From IMG/VR virus record IMGVR_UViG_3300048926_000317, positions 23,530 to 87,529 of that record: a DNA stretch of 64,000 nt, one strand, 5' to 3'. Positions 62,695 to 64,000 of the stretch are shown here, piece after piece (position 1 is the stretch's first letter; each line of letters opens with the position of its first letter). The notes under the pieces are model-generated. The model made no database searches and was not told the origin of the DNA. It was given only the letters and a program-made list of their open reading frames with translations. The DNA comes from a virus (lineage: Duplodnaviria; Caudoviricetes). The translations under genes and the position numbers were made by a program.

Positions 62695-63999
62695 TTATTT
62701 TACAGGTCTTACTATTAATAGATCGCTTTCTGAGTCATTATCTTCTTTTGCCTGATTGAATGATTTTAAATTTTTAGATGTAACAGCTTTCCAAGGATTA
62801 ATTTTTGCAGGAGCCCCAGATAAAATAACATTTTCAACCATTATTGGATCAATTTTATACCCAGACAATCTTATTGCAACATCTCCTCTAGTTGTTTTCT
62901 CTTTAAATGAAAGACGTCCTTGTTCGTCTCGCCCTAATACTGAATATTCTGTATGATACCCATTATTATTTGAGTTCTTAACTTTATATCCTGCAATATA
63001 CTCTTTATTATTTAAATTAAATAATGTTCCGCCTTCAAGAAGGCGTCCTTTTCCTGCCCCATCAATTTGGACAATTCCACCTGCTTGTGTTACACTTACT
63101 TTACTCGATGCAGATGCAGGTTGTGGATCAGGTTTATTTATTTCTTTTTCAAGAGCCCTATTTCTTAATTCTAGATTTCTAAGTTCCGCCGGAGATTTTT
63201 CTACTATATATGAACTTTCTTTTGGAGTATAAGATTCCAATTTATCAACCCAAGCTTGTTTTACTTTATCATAATCTTCTTGACTATTGATAAATTTTTT
63301 ACCTAGCACTGAATATGAAAACTGTCTAAGATTAGAATCTTTGTTATTTATATCATAACCTCCAAAAGTATTTTCGAAACTTGCTGACGCTTCATCTTTT
63401 AAGAATTTAGTTCCAGATATTTTTACATTTCCTGTTTTATTTTCTTCAAATTTTGAATATAGATTAGAGGCCTGTTGTTTAGCTAGATCTTCTATTTCTG
63501 CGGTTTTATCTTTTTCAAATCCTTGACCTAGCCTTGCAGCTAAATCAGCAAAATCTTTCCATTCTACAGGATCATCTGGTTTTTGATTTTGATCTGGATA
63601 AGCTACTAATATATTCCCATTTTCATCAAATTTTAATTTTATATCACCGCCTGCAATTGCATTAATAAAGTGTAAGGTGTCATCACCCTCAAATACTGTG
63701 GCTGGATCAGTTGCTAACTTTTCATTGTATTGTTTAATAAAATTTGGATCAGATAGATGTTGACTTATTAATATTAAATTATCAGCCTTTGCCTGTGCTA
63801 TTCTATTAGCTTCGGCTCTTTCACTGTATGGGATGTTATAATCATTTGCTATTCTTCCTCCATACGCTTTGGCATCCATAGTGTCTTTAGTTAAAATATT
63901 AATTGCTTTCTGAACTGGAGGAATGCTAGTAATGGATGTGATTTTAATATCTTTATTAATATCCATCAACTGTTTACCTTCGTCTTGTAGTCGTTTTAT
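62695..63999 (-). CDS. internal virion protein candidate, 5'-truncated by the window edge
   Basis: The frame stays open to the window end; adjacent to the giant protein gene. Confidence 0.6.
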   Translation of the reverse strand: MKRLQDEGKQLMDINKDIKITSITSIPPVQKAINILTKDTMDAKAYGGRIANDYNIPYSERAEANRIAQAKADNLILISQHLSDPNFIKQYNEKLATDPATVFEGDDTLHFINAIAGGDIKLKFDENGNILVAYPDQNQKPDDPVEWKDFADLAARLGQGFEKDKTAEIEDLAKQQASNLYSKFEENKTGNVKISGTKFLKDEASASFENTFGGYDINNKDSNLRQFSYSVLGKKFINSQEDYDKVKQAWVDKLESYTPKESSYIVEKSPAELRNLELRNRALEKEINKPDPQPASASSKVSVTQAGGIVQIDGAGKGRLLEGGTLFNLNNKEYIAGYKVKNSNNNGYHTEYSVLGRDEQGRLSFKEKTTRGDVAIRLSGYKIDPIMVENVILSGAPAKINPWKAVTSKNLKSFNQAKEDNDSESDLLIVRPVK

Positions 64000-64000
64000 T

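Larger units (their letters stand above)
1..64000. mobile_element. Large tailed bacteriophage or prophage segment, Bacteroidota host
   Basis: Dense small ORFs; recombination, replication, lysis and virion modules; no host housekeeping genes; Bacteroidota-type promoter boxes. Confidence 0.93.

Noticed and set aside
1932-62956. Many 60-140 aa track ORFs antisense to or nested in larger genes (e.g. 1932, 4320, 16517, 24293, 32603, 46646, 55586-62302)
   Set aside because: Shadow ORFs opposite well-supported genes, with Phe/Ser/Leu-biased composition and no start context.
1-64000. CRISPR array, diversity-generating retroelement, retron or IS element
   Set aside because: No regularly spaced repeats, no reverse-transcriptase motifs and no transposase found by reading.
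1-64000. Alternative genetic code (stop-codon reassignment)
   Set aside because: Long ORFs up to 3191 aa and high coding density under the standard code; no suppressor tRNA seen.

Overview
The whole 64 kb is bacteriophage DNA. No host housekeeping genes, rRNA, CRISPR array or IS element are visible. It looks like part of a large tailed, probably podovirus-like and possibly temperate phage of a Bacteroidota (Flavobacteriales-like) host. Evidence for the host: TAnnTTTG (-7) boxes with TTG 19-20 bp upstream, A/T-rich start contexts without Shine-Dalgarno motifs, and signal peptides that appear to cleave before Gln. Layout: (1) 1-2 kb, small + genes and a tRNA with a CAT anticodon. (2) 2-10 kb, a minus-strand operon of small ORFs with HNH and GIY-YIG endonucleases and a ~500-nt structured non-coding segment. 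(3) 10-11.6 kb, divergent XRE and LuxR-like regulators around a possible genome terminus/packaging region. (4) 12-17 kb, small early genes driven by a conserved promoter, plus a KilA-N gene. (5) 17-42.6 kb, a long + strand early/middle region: paralogous small-gene families, YopX, a tyrosine recombinase, three DNA methyltransferases, RecT, a PD-(D/E)XK nuclease-FtsK fusion, a replication initiator and an AAA ATPase. (6) 42.7-64 kb, minus-strand late genes: lysis cassette, tail-fibre-like proteins, an oppositely oriented Ig-domain/nucleotidyltransferase cassette and a 3191-aa polyvalent virion protein. All protein family calls come from motif recognition by eye, not database searches. The best leads for undescribed biology are: the pseudoknot-rich RNA upstream of the GIY-YIG gene; two small terminator RNAs whose loops are complementary to neighbouring leaders; the RecT plus nuclease-FtsK recombination module; a covarying mini-pseudoknot flanking a methylase gene; and the reversed Ig-domain/NTase cassette.
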